A stretch of 64,000 nt of DNA from Anaerohalosphaeraceae bacterium (GTDB lineage: Bacteria; Planctomycetota; Phycisphaerae; Sedimentisphaerales; Anaerohalosphaeraceae): positions 16,438 to 80,437 of the forward strand of contig JBNRMN010000002.1 in NCBI GenBank assembly GCA_050309605.1, given 5' to 3'. Of the stretch, positions 48,207 through 59,826 are shown one piece after another. The position numbers and the translations under genes are program-made. The notes under the pieces are model-generated. The model did not search any database. It worked only from the letters and a program-made list of their open reading frames with translations, and was not told the DNA's origin. Numbering within the stretch: the stretch's first letter is position 1; every line of letters begins with the position of its first letter.

Positions 48207-48590
48207 ATGGCCAAGAAAGTGCTTGTCATTGACGACGACAGTGATTTTGTGGAATCGATAGTGAATTTGCTCGAAGCGCGAGGGTATGCCGTGGCCTCGG
48301 CCTCCAACGGCAAGGACGGCGTTCAGACGGCCAAGACCGAAAACCCCGATGTGATTCTTCTGGATGTGATGATGACGACCAAGGATGAAGGGTTCAATGT
48401 CGCCCGCGAGCTGCACGGAATCGAGGCGTTGAAAAATACGCCGGTGATTATGGTCACGGGCGTTCGCAAAGAAATGAACCTGCCGTTCGGATTTGAGCCG
48501 GATGAGACGTGGCTGCCGGTCAAGCAGATTCTTGAAAAGCCGGTCAAGCCGGAAGTGCTGCTCAACGCTGTTGCCGACGCGGTGAAATAG
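48207..48590 (+). CDS. Single-domain response regulator
   Basis: VIDDD, LLDVMM, MVTG, EKPV. Confidence 0.93.
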   Translation: MAKKVLVIDDDSDFVESIVNLLEARGYAVASASNGKDGVQTAKTENPDVILLDVMMTTKDEGFNVARELHGIEALKNTPVIMVTGVRKEMNLPFGFEPDETWLPVKQILEKPVKPEVLLNAVADAVK

Positions 48591-48631
48591 CCGCTTGTTC
48601 TATTCGGCGCATGCGTCGAACTGAAAAAGAT

Positions 48632-48666
48632 AAAGGATGGGATGGCATCACCCCATCCTTTTTTTT
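48632..48666. terminator. Terminator between convergent genes (probably bidirectional)
   Basis: AAAGGATGGG..CCCATCCTTT plus T-run; A-rich on the left. Confidence 0.8.
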
Positions 48667-48672
48667 ATGGGG

Positions 48673-49983
<1,311 letters not shown>

Positions 49984-50092
49984 AACAGCCTCCATAATTA
50001 AATCGACAGTGTTTCAGTTTATTCGGTATTATAGTGAAAATATTGTTCAGAGAGTGCAATATTTACCACTGGTCAATATTCCAACTGTACCG

Positions 50093-51571
50093 TTACAGAC
50101 GACTCTTAACTATATCGAGCCATCGTTGGTAACTCTCCTGGCAGGCAGCCGTGTGTTTTGAATCCGGCAATACGGTTTCCATTTGTTTCAGTGTGGAAAA
50201 GGCGTCCTTCGGAGATTTGTACACTCCGGCGCCGATGCCTGCGCCGCGGCAGGCGCCTTGTGAGCCGTCGGTATTGTACAGCTCGACAGTTGCGCCGGTC
50301 AGTGTAGCGAAGGTTTGAGCAAACAGGGGGCTGAGGAACATATTGGCTTTTCCGGCGCGGACGGTATGGATGTCGATGCCCATTGATTTCATAATCTCCA
50401 GTCCGTAGTTGAGGGCAAACACGATGCCTTCCTGACCGGCGCGGAGGAGGTGGCCCCTGTGATGAGTGTTCAGGTCAAGATTGCAGACCGCTGCACCGAT
50501 GTTGCGGTTTTCGAGCGTGCGTTCGGCGCCGTTGCCGTAGGGCAGCACGACCAGGCCGTTGGCGCCGACGGGGACTTTGGCGGCTTGGGCATTCATCTCG
50601 GGGTAATCGCCGATATTTAGGTTATGCTTGAGCCAGCTATTGAGCCGTCCGGTCCCGTTAACGCACAACAGAACACCGGTGCGAGGAGTTTGGCGGGTGT
50701 TATTGACGTGAAGAAAGCTGTTGACGCGGGATTTCGGATCAAAGGTCGGCGCGTCGCTGATGCCATAAACCACGCCGCTGGTGCCGGCGGTTGCGGCCAC
50801 CTCGCCGGGGTTGAGAACATTCAGGGACAGGGCGTTGTTGGGCTGATCGCCGGCCCGATAGGCCACCGGTGTCCCTTTGGCCAACCCCAATTCGTCAGCA
50901 GCAGTCTGAGTCAATTGACCCTGCACACCAAACGTTGGTACGATCTCCGGCAGCAGGTCGGGGCTGAATCCGTAATGCTCCATCAGAAAATCGGCGGGGC
51001 GGGTCTGCTTGAAATCCCACAAAATCATCTCCGACAGCCCCGATTCGGTTGTGGCGGCCTGGCCGGTCAGCTTCATCGCCACCCAGTCGCCGGGCAGCAT
51101 AATCTTGTCAATGCGCTTGAAGTTGTCCGGTTCGTTTTCTTTGACCCATCGCAGTTTGCTGGCTGTGAAATTGCCCGGATAGTTAAGCAAATGCTCCAGA
51201 CACCGCTTCGGGCCGAGGGCCTCGGTGGCTGTTTGCCCGATTTGGACGGCCCGGCTGTCGCACCAGATAATCGACGGACGGATGACCTGCCCGTCCTTGT
51301 CAACGCACACCAGCCCGTGCATCTGATAGGTGATGCCGATGGCCTTGATGTCGGCCGGGTTGATCTTCGAATCGCTCAGCAGGTGGCCGGTCGCGGCCTT
51401 GAGATTGTCCCACCACAGCGACGGGGCCTGCTGCGCCCAGCCGGGGTGCGGCGAATCGATCGGCATTTCTACGGCCGGACATGTGGCCGAGGCGGCAACC
51501 GAGCCGCTTGCCGCTTCCAGAAGGGTGGCTTTGATGGATGAGGTGCCGCAGTCGTAACCCAACAGATACAT
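50093..51571 (-). CDS. xylB: Xylulokinase (FGGY family)
   Basis: LG.D.GTSS.K, YQMHG, IIWCD.R, GDQ, GTSG; upstream of xylA. Confidence 0.93.
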   Translation of the reverse strand: MYLLGYDCGTSSIKATLLEAASGSVAASATCPAVEMPIDSPHPGWAQQAPSLWWDNLKAATGHLLSDSKINPADIKAIGITYQMHGLVCVDKDGQVIRPSIIWCDSRAVQIGQTATEALGPKRCLEHLLNYPGNFTASKLRWVKENEPDNFKRIDKIMLPGDWVAMKLTGQAATTESGLSEMILWDFKQTRPADFLMEHYGFSPDLLPEIVPTFGVQGQLTQTAADELGLAKGTPVAYRAGDQPNNALSLNVLNPGEVAATAGTSGVVYGISDAPTFDPKSRVNSFLHVNNTRQTPRTGVLLCVNGTGRLNSWLKHNLNIGDYPEMNAQAAKVPVGANGLVVLPYGNGAERTLENRNIGAAVCNLDLNTHHRGHLLRAGQEGIVFALNYGLEIMKSMGIDIHTVRAGKANMFLSPLFAQTFATLTGATVELYNTDGSQGACRGAGIGAGVYKSPKDAFSTLKQMETVLPDSKHTAACQESYQRWLDIVKSRL

Positions 51572-51924
51572 ATTGTCGCCTCCAAAAAAGTTGCCTGTGG
51601 TAAAAATTAAACAAATTTTGATAAGTATCGCCGGTGAATCGATCTTTTGCAAGCATTTTCTGATATTCGCAAGCTCCTTCATTTGATGTGTTTATTGGCA
51701 AACGGCTGCGATTCAGCAGGTCTCTGATCATTGGTATGAAGGTCAGATCAAAGCGACAATAATGCTGACCAAAATAATTTATTTTATTTTAACTGTACAA
51801 TATCTTGCTTTAGATTTTAAGTGCGACGAGGATTTTTAAAAATTTCATATTTTGCCCATAGGAAAACAATGTTTTATTGATTTTCAATTGGATCTCGAGT
51901 AGTATGAAATGGGAGACGTGGTTT

Positions 51925-53349
51925 ATGAATATGGATATAATAACTGGGTCACCATACAGTTCATCTTATGAGGTGCCGTTGAACACATCGGCCGCGGCGA
52001 GCAGTTCCCTTGCGCCGCCTGCATTTTTATCGCAGCGTGTATTGTTGGGCAATATTCGCTGGTTTTGTCGGTTGCGCTGGGGCGTGGCGGGTATTTTCGC
52101 CCTTTTCGGGCTGGCCGCACTCCATACGAGCATTCGTGACTTCTGGGGATTGCAGGAAATCGGTCGATGGCCGTTTGTGATGTCCGCTGTGTTAGCGATG
52201 GCCAATGTGTTTTATCTGGTCTGGGCTCGAATCGGTCAAACACGGCCCATGGCGCAGCTTAATCTGTTGTCGCAGATATTTGTGGATCTCATTATTCTGA
52301 CGTTTGTGGTATATTTTATCGGAAGTACGGAAACACACATTCCGTTCGTGTATTTGTTCCACATTGTGTTGTCGAGCATTTTTTTTACCAGTGGGATGAG
52401 CTTTTTGATTTTAGCTTTTTCTTGTCTTCTTTTTGGATTGTGTCTTGTTTTGGAACGCTACGGGGGGTTTTCAACGGGCGGCATTTTTATCTCCATGCCC
52501 TATGGCGGCTCCTCGGAACTGCCGCTGCGGTGGGTCGTGCTGCACTATGGTTCGGTTCTTGGAATTTGGGCCGGCGTGTGGTATCTGGCGGGGCATTTGG
52601 CCGATACCGTGCGACAACAAGACATTCAGCTGGCTCAAACCAATCGGCGTCTCGAAGCGGCCCTGGATGAGCGAATGCGCCATATGTTGTGGACCACCCA
52701 TGCGTTAAAGTCGCCGTTCGCGGCGATTGCAGCGAACACCCAGCTCTTGCTCAAGGGTCTGTGCGGGACACTGCCGCAGCAAGCCGTTGCGGTGGTGGAA
52801 CGTATCAGTCAGCGCTGCACCCGTCTGAGCAAAGAAATTCAGGAGATGCTGCAACTGGCCAATCTCGAATCAAGCAGCCAGCAACCGGCCACACCGACGG
52901 TGTTGAATGCGGACGATCTGCTGCGTACGGTGATCCAGCAGATTTCGCCGACCGCCGAGAAGCGTTCCATTCGTCTTGTCTCGGACCTGGAGCCAGTCCG
53001 TGTGCGCGGGGTCAACGATCACCTGATGATGTTATTTGAGAATCTGATCAGCAACGCCGTCAATTACTCGCATCCGGGCGGGTGCGTGACCGTATCGGCC
53101 CATCGAGTCAAGGAGTGTGTAAAGGTCAGCATTATTGATGAGGGAATCGGCATTGAGGCAGAGAAGCTGCCGCGTATTTTCGAGCAGTATTATCGAACCA
53201 AGGCCGCGGCGGCCCACAATAAGGAATCATCGGGTCTGGGATTGGCCATTGTCCTGCAGATCGTCAGATTGTACGGCATTCGTGTCTGTGTTCACAGCGC
53301 GCCGCACGCGGGGACGCGCTTTGATTTGTATTTTGAAACCGCAGCTTAA
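51925..53349 (+). CDS. Multi-TM sensor histidine kinase
   Basis: WF..LRW, about 6 TM, HALKSP H-box, NL.SNA..Y, DEGIGI, SGLGL. Confidence 0.92.
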   Translation: MNMDIITGSPYSSSYEVPLNTSAAASSSLAPPAFLSQRVLLGNIRWFCRLRWGVAGIFALFGLAALHTSIRDFWGLQEIGRWPFVMSAVLAMANVFYLVWARIGQTRPMAQLNLLSQIFVDLIILTFVVYFIGSTETHIPFVYLFHIVLSSIFFTSGMSFLILAFSCLLFGLCLVLERYGGFSTGGIFISMPYGGSSELPLRWVVLHYGSVLGIWAGVWYLAGHLADTVRQQDIQLAQTNRRLEAALDERMRHMLWTTHALKSPFAAIAANTQLLLKGLCGTLPQQAVAVVERISQRCTRLSKEIQEMLQLANLESSSQQPATPTVLNADDLLRTVIQQISPTAEKRSIRLVSDLEPVRVRGVNDHLMMLFENLISNAVNYSHPGGCVTVSAHRVKECVKVSIIDEGIGIEAEKLPRIFEQYYRTKAAAAHNKESSGLGLAIVLQIVRLYGIRVCVHSAPHAGTRFDLYFETAA

Positions 53350-53366
53350 CGATTTTTTTTAGGAGA

Positions 53367-53777
53367 ATGAAAATGGCTTTCATTATGGTCGTCGATGATG
53401 ACGAGGATTTCGCGGCGGCGGTCGCCCATGTCCTCAAACAGGATGGACACGAAGTTCAGATTGAGACAGATACGGAACTTGCGCTGCCCGCAATCAGGAA
53501 GCGCGTACCCGACCTGATGGTGCTGGATGTGATGTTTCCGGAAGATCACAGCGCAGGCTTTGAATTCGCGCGCCGGCTGCATCATGACGCTGAGTTGCGA
53601 TCCATGCCGATTCTGATGCTTACCGCCGTCAACAGCCGCTATCCCTTTGGATTCAGCGTCAACAACGAAGATATTAACGAGGAATGGCTGCCTGTATCGG
53701 ATTTTGTCGAGAAGCCGGTCGATTTTGAGATATTGAAAACCAAAGTTGACACCCTGCTTCAAAAAGCTCATAGTTGA
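53367..53777 (+). CDS. Single-domain response regulator
   Basis: VVDDD, VLDVM, MLTA, EKPV. Confidence 0.93.
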   Translation: MKMAFIMVVDDDEDFAAAVAHVLKQDGHEVQIETDTELALPAIRKRVPDLMVLDVMFPEDHSAGFEFARRLHHDAELRSMPILMLTAVNSRYPFGFSVNNEDINEEWLPVSDFVEKPVDFEILKTKVDTLLQKAHS

Positions 53778-54142
53778 GATACACCGCCGCGCGATCGGCC
53801 ATCAAGCCGGGCAAGCCCGGACTCTTTGCCGCGAACGGCAATAACGGCCATCGGTTCAGTCTGCCGGGCACCCCTTAAAGGCCTTCAGGCGGTGCAGGGG
53901 GGATATTGGTTTCAAGAAACTTGCCATCTCAATCCAACCGATGGCCAGCTTGACAGGTCAATAATGAAAGCGTAAAGAGCAAACTTGAGGATTCGTCCTT
54001 TCGGGCGAGTCATTTCATGACCTGGTTTAGAACACTGTAATGTTTTTACAGACGATCGTTATGTCAAAACAGATCCGGTTTTCGGTCAGTTTGAGTTCAT
54101 ATGAGGTTGCCGAATGGCGTTAATGAAGCAGCGAGGTGATTC

Positions 54143-55570
54143 ATGCCCATCGTTCAGAAAAGCCAGGGAATCGCGGCGTACCGTCACAGTGCCGCCGGTC
54201 AGTTGGATATCGCCGGCGGATTGGATGTGTGTTATACTACGACTCCCTCGGCGCCGGTTGAATCAGCGCCGGAAACGCCGTGTTTGAATCTGTCGCTCAG
54301 GCAGAACAGACAGCGCTTGTCCCGCCTGTATGTCAGCGAGCAGCAGGCAGTCCGTCCGGGGATGCTTTTGGCCGAGGGCGAGCAAACTCAACTGTATTGT
54401 CCCTGTTCGGGCGTTGTGCAGGTGGTGAATCCCGACAAGCGCAAACGTCCCGGCAACATTGAGATTATTCTGACTGAAGAGTCGTTCGAAACGCCGCCCG
54501 TCTCGCTTGAACACAACGCTCCCCTGGCCGCGAAACGTCAATGGGTGCGTCAGATGGGTGTGTGGGATTCGATCCGGCAGGGGATGCTTATGGCGCCGCC
54601 TGCCCTGAACGATCAGCCCAATGAGATTATCGTTCGCTGTGTATTTGCCGAGCCGGGGCAGATTCCGGGATCGATGGTCATTCGACGGCATCTGCAGGAA
54701 TTTATTCGGGGCTTGAAATATCTTTACGAGATCGGCGGCAGTTATGCGCCGATTGTGATGACGGTGCCGGTGCAGTCCGGCTCGCTGGGACGCCAGATCC
54801 GTGAACAGCTCCGCGGACAGGCTTTTGTGCATATCTCGGTTGTACCGATTCGATATCCGGTGGACAATCCTTTGCTGTTGGCGACATTGCTGGGCCGGGA
54901 ACGCGGGTTAGGCCCCGACCATTTTTGGGTGGTCGATCCGCAGACGGTTATTGCGCTGACCAGTGCCATAGAAAAAAAACAGTTTTGGTCGCATCGCTAT
55001 GTTGCCATTGCAGGCCCGGCGGTACGCCGGCCGGTGATCCTCAATGCGAGAGTGGGCGCTCCTGTCGGTGCACTGGCAAGGCCGTATTTGCGTGATGATG
55101 TTGCGGGGAATCCGGCGTATATTCGCGGCGGACTGTACAGCGGCAAACGTGCCGTGCCCGAGGAAGGTCTGCGGTATGGCGACTATGTCATATGGGTCAT
55201 TCCGGAAACGGAAGGGCCGGAGCTGCTCGGTTGGATGCATCCGGGCCATGAGCGGCCGTCATGGACACGGACGGTACTGTCCGGCCTGCTGGGAAAAAAG
55301 AAGTACCAGGCCCGGACGCTGCTGCGCGGCGCCAAACGCCCCTGTATCGGCTGCGGCTTTTGCCGTCAGGTGTGTCCGGCGGGATTGTATCCGCATCAAC
55401 TGCACCGACTGGTAACCCACGATTGCATGGAAGAGGCCGAGCAGCTCGGCCTGCTCAACTGTGTGGAGTGTTATTGCTGTTCTTACGGATGTGTCAGCAA
55501 GCTTGAACTGGCACAGGATATCATTCATGCCCGACGGGCATTACTGCATCAAGAGGCAAAGGGTCTATGA
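54143..55570 (+). CDS. RnfC/NqrA-like subunit retaining 2x4Fe-4S
   Basis: P.SG.V barrel, EP, YP, CIGCGFCRQVCP and CVECYCCSYGC. Confidence 0.85.
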   Translation: MPIVQKSQGIAAYRHSAAGQLDIAGGLDVCYTTTPSAPVESAPETPCLNLSLRQNRQRLSRLYVSEQQAVRPGMLLAEGEQTQLYCPCSGVVQVVNPDKRKRPGNIEIILTEESFETPPVSLEHNAPLAAKRQWVRQMGVWDSIRQGMLMAPPALNDQPNEIIVRCVFAEPGQIPGSMVIRRHLQEFIRGLKYLYEIGGSYAPIVMTVPVQSGSLGRQIREQLRGQAFVHISVVPIRYPVDNPLLLATLLGRERGLGPDHFWVVDPQTVIALTSAIEKKQFWSHRYVAIAGPAVRRPVILNARVGAPVGALARPYLRDDVAGNPAYIRGGLYSGKRAVPEEGLRYGDYVIWVIPETEGPELLGWMHPGHERPSWTRTVLSGLLGKKKYQARTLLRGAKRPCIGCGFCRQVCPAGLYPHQLHRLVTHDCMEEAEQLGLLNCVECYCCSYGCVSKLELAQDIIHARRALLHQEAKGL

Positions 55571-56724
55571 GGCCAATGAAATTGCATGAGTGGTTTGAAC
55601 GTGCCGGCAAGTGGTTTGAGGGTGATCAGGCTCCGCTGCGTGTTTTGCATCCGGTCTATGAGGCGGTCGGCGCATTTTTCTTTGTTCCGCCTGTTCGCAC
55701 GCTCCACGGGCCGCTGGTTCGCGACGCCGTTGATATTAAACGGTATATGATCGCGGTTGTGTTGGCGCTGCTGCCGGCGTATCTGTTCGGGTTGGCGGCG
55801 TTTGGGCCGCGGCTGATTGTGATGACGGTCGTCAGTTACGCGGTCGGCGGACTGGTGGAATCGCTGTTTGCGATCTTTCGCAAAGAAGAGATCAACGAAG
55901 GGTTTCTGGTGACGGGCTTATTGTTTCCGATGATTGTGCCGCCTCAGACGCCGCTGTGGATAGTGGCCGTCGGAATCGCCTTCGGTGTCTTTTTCGGCAA
56001 AGAAGTCTTCGGGGGAACCGGGCATAATATTTTTAATCCGGCGCTGGTCGGTCGCTGTTTTGTCGCGCTGTCCTGGCCGGCCCATCTGGCGCGGAGTTAT
56101 ATCAAACCCTTGGGCTGGATCGATGCATTCACCTCCCGCGGCCTGAGGGCGCTGGTCGATTCGCCGGTTCAGGCGGTTACGGCGGCCACCCCGCTGAATG
56201 ACCTCGATACCGCCGTGCGTGAGGGGCAGGCCCTGTCTTTTTTTTCACCGCAAACGGCCCAACTGTATTTGGGCTGGACTGCCGGCAGTGTGTGTGAGAC
56301 GGCGGCCTGGCTGATTCTTCCGGCCGGCCTCTGGCTGTGCTGGACCCGCGTGAGCAATTGGCGTACTCCGGCGGCAGTCATTGGTTCCTATGTTGCGGTC
56401 GGCGGTGTCTTGTCTTTCTTGCGTCCGGAGCAATTTGTCTCGCCGGCCCTGGGCCTGGCCGCCGGCGGGCTGCTGTTTGCGGCCTTTTATATGGCTACCG
56501 ATCCGGTCACCTCGCCGGTTTCCAACCGGGGCAAAGTCATTTATGGATGCGGCATCGGCGCCTTGGTGGTGATCTTTCGCGGGCTGGGAGCAATCCCCGA
56601 AGGTGTCACCTATGCCGTGCTGCTGATGAATATGACGGCGCCGCTGCTGGATCGCTATATGATTTTGTACAGCGTACCGGCAGCGCTTCCGAGAAAGGAG
56701 ATTCTCCGTGAAGCAAACACTTAA
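55567..56724 (+). CDS. NqrB/RnfD-family subunit
   Basis: VRDA.D.KR.M, EGFLVT, KEVFGGTG.NIFNPAL.GR, TAATP, MATDPVT. Confidence 0.92.
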   Translation: MRPMKLHEWFERAGKWFEGDQAPLRVLHPVYEAVGAFFFVPPVRTLHGPLVRDAVDIKRYMIAVVLALLPAYLFGLAAFGPRLIVMTVVSYAVGGLVESLFAIFRKEEINEGFLVTGLLFPMIVPPQTPLWIVAVGIAFGVFFGKEVFGGTGHNIFNPALVGRCFVALSWPAHLARSYIKPLGWIDAFTSRGLRALVDSPVQAVTAATPLNDLDTAVREGQALSFFSPQTAQLYLGWTAGSVCETAAWLILPAGLWLCWTRVSNWRTPAAVIGSYVAVGGVLSFLRPEQFVSPALGLAAGGLLFAAFYMATDPVTSPVSNRGKVIYGCGIGALVVIFRGLGAIPEGVTYAVLLMNMTAPLLDRYMILYSVPAALPRKEILREANT

Positions 56725-57322
56725 AACCTGGTTGTTCCTGTTGACGATGTCATTGATCGTCAGCGCCAGCCTGACGGCCATCAGTGCCGGTCTTCGCGAA
56801 CGGATTGAGCGCAATCTGCGGATGGTGCAGGTGCGCAGCGTTCTGGAGGTGCTGGATGTGCAGGGTCGTGCCGGCCTTGGCGATGCGGAATTGCTGAATT
56901 TGTTTGATCGGAAAGTCGTCGCCTCAGACCAGCCGCCGGGGCTGTATTTTTACTACGAGGACGACCGATTGAACGCCGTCGCTTTTGAGGCTGTCGGACG
57001 CGGCTTATGGGATCAGATTAAAGCCTTGATCGCGGTTGAGCCGGACGGCAAGACCATTCGCGGCGTTCGGTTTTATGAACAAAATGAAACGCCCGGCCTG
57101 GGGGCGGAAATCGGCAGCCCGATGTTTGAAAAGCAGTTTGTCGGGAAATCACTTTATGACAACAGTCAAATTTTGGCGATTGTCAGTCCCTCCGCCGCCA
57201 CCCTGTCACACACCCAGGTCCACGGCATTACAGGGGCCACATTGACCTGTGACAGCGTTAATTTAATCTTAAAACAATCGATTCTCAATTTTCAAAAGCA
57301 ATGGGAGGATTCTAAGCGGTGA
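56708..57322 (+). CDS. NqrC/RnfG-family subunit
   Basis: G.GLW, FY...ETPGLGAEI, GITGATLT. Confidence 0.92.
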   Translation: MKQTLKTWLFLLTMSLIVSASLTAISAGLRERIERNLRMVQVRSVLEVLDVQGRAGLGDAELLNLFDRKVVASDQPPGLYFYYEDDRLNAVAFEAVGRGLWDQIKALIAVEPDGKTIRGVRFYEQNETPGLGAEIGSPMFEKQFVGKSLYDNSQILAIVSPSAATLSHTQVHGITGATLTCDSVNLILKQSILNFQKQWEDSKR

Positions 57323-58041
57323 ATAAGAGCGATGAGCAAACATGCGGCGGCTCGTGCACTTCGTGCAGCCTGATGCGGGAGGACTGGAAAAAGGGGCGTA
57401 CGGCGTTTCGAACGGGTCTGTTTCGCGACAATCCCGTTTTTTGTCAGGTGCTGGGGATTTGCTCGGCGCTGGCGGTTACAGGCAAGGCGGCCAATGCACT
57501 GGTGATGACTATGGCGGTTGTCTTTGTGGCGATGATGAGTAATGCCATTGTGGCCGCGATGCGCAATGCCATCCCCCGGCGCATCCGGCTGATGGTGGAA
57601 GTGATGATTATCGCGTTTTTTGTCATTGTATTTGATCAATTGCTCAAGGCCTATTGGTTTGAGATGAGCCGCGAACTGGGGCCGTATGTCGGGCTGATCA
57701 TCACCAACTGCATTATCATGGGCCGTGCGGAAGCGTTTGCCCTGCAAAATCGCATTCTGCCGTCTATGCTGGACGGACTGGGCAACGGGCTGGGATACGG
57801 AGCGGTGTTGGTCGCGGTCGCCTTTGTGCGCGAGCTGACCGGCTATGGGACAGTGCTGGCCGGTACGCCGCTGGCGATTATCCTCAGCTCTCAAACGCCT
57901 TCTGCCGAGACGCCGTATCTGCTGCGTATTCCCTTTGATATCGCTCCGGCTCAGATGATGATTATGGCGCCGGGGGCGTTTTTTACCATCGGTGTTTTGA
58001 TCTTTATTTTCGGTGCACTGAAAAAACAGGAGTCACACTAA
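57319..58041 (+). CDS. NqrD/RnfE-family subunit
   Basis: QVLGICSALAVT, GLIITNCIIMGRAEAFA. Confidence 0.92.
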   Translation: MNKSDEQTCGGSCTSCSLMREDWKKGRTAFRTGLFRDNPVFCQVLGICSALAVTGKAANALVMTMAVVFVAMMSNAIVAAMRNAIPRRIRLMVEVMIIAFFVIVFDQLLKAYWFEMSRELGPYVGLIITNCIIMGRAEAFALQNRILPSMLDGLGNGLGYGAVLVAVAFVRELTGYGTVLAGTPLAIILSSQTPSAETPYLLRIPFDIAPAQMMIMAPGAFFTIGVLIFIFGALKKQESH

Positions 58042-58646
58042 TGGAATCTCCGGCATTCTGGGTCATTTTACTGGCGGCTGTTTTTACCAATAATATCCTG
58101 CTGAGCAACTTTTTGGGAATGTGTTCGTTTCTGGCCGTCAGCAAGCGAATTGAAACGGCCGTCGGTCTGGGGCTGGCCGTCGTCTTTGTGGTTACCTGTA
58201 CCTCGGCTTTGAACTGGGTCATCTATTACAAGTTGCTCAACCCCGACACCAGTTGGCTGGGCGTGGATCTGCGATTTCTCCAATTTATACTTTTCATTGC
58301 GGTTATTGCCGCCTTTGTGCAGCTTGTCGAGATGGTCATCGAGAAAATCAGCCAGACGCTGTATATGTCGCTGGGGATCTTTTTGCCGCTGATTACGGTC
58401 AACTGCGCGATATTGGGGGCGTGCCTGCTGATGATTATTCGCGATTATGACTTCGTGCGTTCAATTGCCTTCGGGCTGGGCAGCGGGCTGGGCTTTATGT
58501 TGGCGATTGTGATCATCGCCGGCATTCGTGAACGGCTGCGGTTCAGTAATGTGCCGCCGGCCTTGGGACAAACCGGCATCGTGATGATCGTGACGGGTAT
58601 TATGGCCATGGCCTTTATCGGATTTGCCGGGATGATTTCACTGTAA
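58041..58646 (+). CDS. NqrE/RnfA-family subunit
   Basis: FLGMCSFLAVS, LGIFLPLITVNCAILG. Confidence 0.92.
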   Translation: MESPAFWVILLAAVFTNNILLSNFLGMCSFLAVSKRIETAVGLGLAVVFVVTCTSALNWVIYYKLLNPDTSWLGVDLRFLQFILFIAVIAAFVQLVEMVIEKISQTLYMSLGIFLPLITVNCAILGACLLMIIRDYDFVRSIAFGLGSGLGFMLAIVIIAGIRERLRFSNVPPALGQTGIVMIVTGIMAMAFIGFAGMISL

Positions 58647-58681
58647 GCAATGACTTGACACGGTTCAGGAGAGAAGCAAAC

Positions 58682-59797
58682 GTGATGCTTTATATCAGTT
58701 CAATTGCCGTATTTTGCGGTTCGCTGCTGACGTTGAGTGTCGTGCTGGAAATCGCGGCCCGGTTTTTTGTCAATCCCGGCCCGTTTACGATTGACATCAA
58801 CGGCGGAGAACGCACGCTCTCGGCCGAGGGCGGCAGTCATCTTCTCAATGCGCTTACGGACAACAAAATCTTTATCCCGTCGGCCTGCGGCGGCCAGGCT
58901 ACCTGCGGCCATTGCAAGGTGCGGCTGCCGGAATCGACGCCCGCCGATGTGCTGCCGACGGAAAAGGCGTTTTTGAATCGGCAGGAACTGCACAACGGCA
59001 CCCGTCTGGCCTGTCAAGTCAAAGTACGCGGCCCGCTGGCGGTTCGCATTCCGCAACACCTGCTGTCGGTCAAACAATACGCCGCCACAGTCGTCTCGGT
59101 GGTCGAATTGACCCATGACATTAAAGAATTGCGGTTTCAATTGACAGATCCGCCGACGATGGATTACAGCTACGGCCATTACATCCAGGTCAGCATTCCG
59201 GATCCGGACGAGGGGACTATCAGTCGGGCGTATTCGATCTCTTCACCCATCGACCAGAAGGATGTCGTTGAGCTGAATGTGCGGCTGCATCCGCAGCGCG
59301 GCACTATTCCCGCCGGCAAAGGCTCCACCTATCTGCATAATTTGAAGGTTGGCGATGAAGTGACCCTGACCGGCCCGTACGGCGAATTTGAACTGGATAC
59401 CAGCCCGCAGACCGAGCTGATTTGTGTCGGCGGCGGGGCGGGGATGGCGCCGATGAAAAATCTGATCCTGTCCATTCTTGAGCATATTCCCGATAAGCCG
59501 GTCTGGCTGTTTTTCGGCTGCCGCACCATCGACGACGTGTTTTACCGGGAGATGTTTGAGGAGCTTTCCAAAAAACACCCGCATTTCAAGGTGATTTACG
59601 CCTTGTCGGAAAATGCCGATGAGCAATGGGACGGAGAAACCGGATTCATTCACCTCAGTGTAGATCAATACCTGCCCGATGATTTGCACCCGCATCAAGC
59701 GTTTTTGTGCGGCCCGCCGCCGATGATTGATGCGGTGACCGAGGTCTTGCTGGATAAAAACATGCGGCCGGAACGTATCTTCTATGACAAATTCTGA
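58682..59797 (+). CDS. NqrF-like oxidoreductase
   Basis: SACGG.ATCG.C, RLACQ, RAYS, GPYGEF, GGGAGMAPM, LCGPP.M, YDKF. Confidence 0.92.
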   Translation: MMLYISSIAVFCGSLLTLSVVLEIAARFFVNPGPFTIDINGGERTLSAEGGSHLLNALTDNKIFIPSACGGQATCGHCKVRLPESTPADVLPTEKAFLNRQELHNGTRLACQVKVRGPLAVRIPQHLLSVKQYAATVVSVVELTHDIKELRFQLTDPPTMDYSYGHYIQVSIPDPDEGTISRAYSISSPIDQKDVVELNVRLHPQRGTIPAGKGSTYLHNLKVGDEVTLTGPYGEFELDTSPQTELICVGGGAGMAPMKNLILSILEHIPDKPVWLFFGCRTIDDVFYREMFEELSKKHPHFKVIYALSENADEQWDGETGFIHLSVDQYLPDDLHPHQAFLCGPPPMIDAVTEVLLDKNMRPERIFYDKF

Positions 59798-59826
59798 TGG
59801 ACTTTCTTAACGCCGCGGTATGTTTA

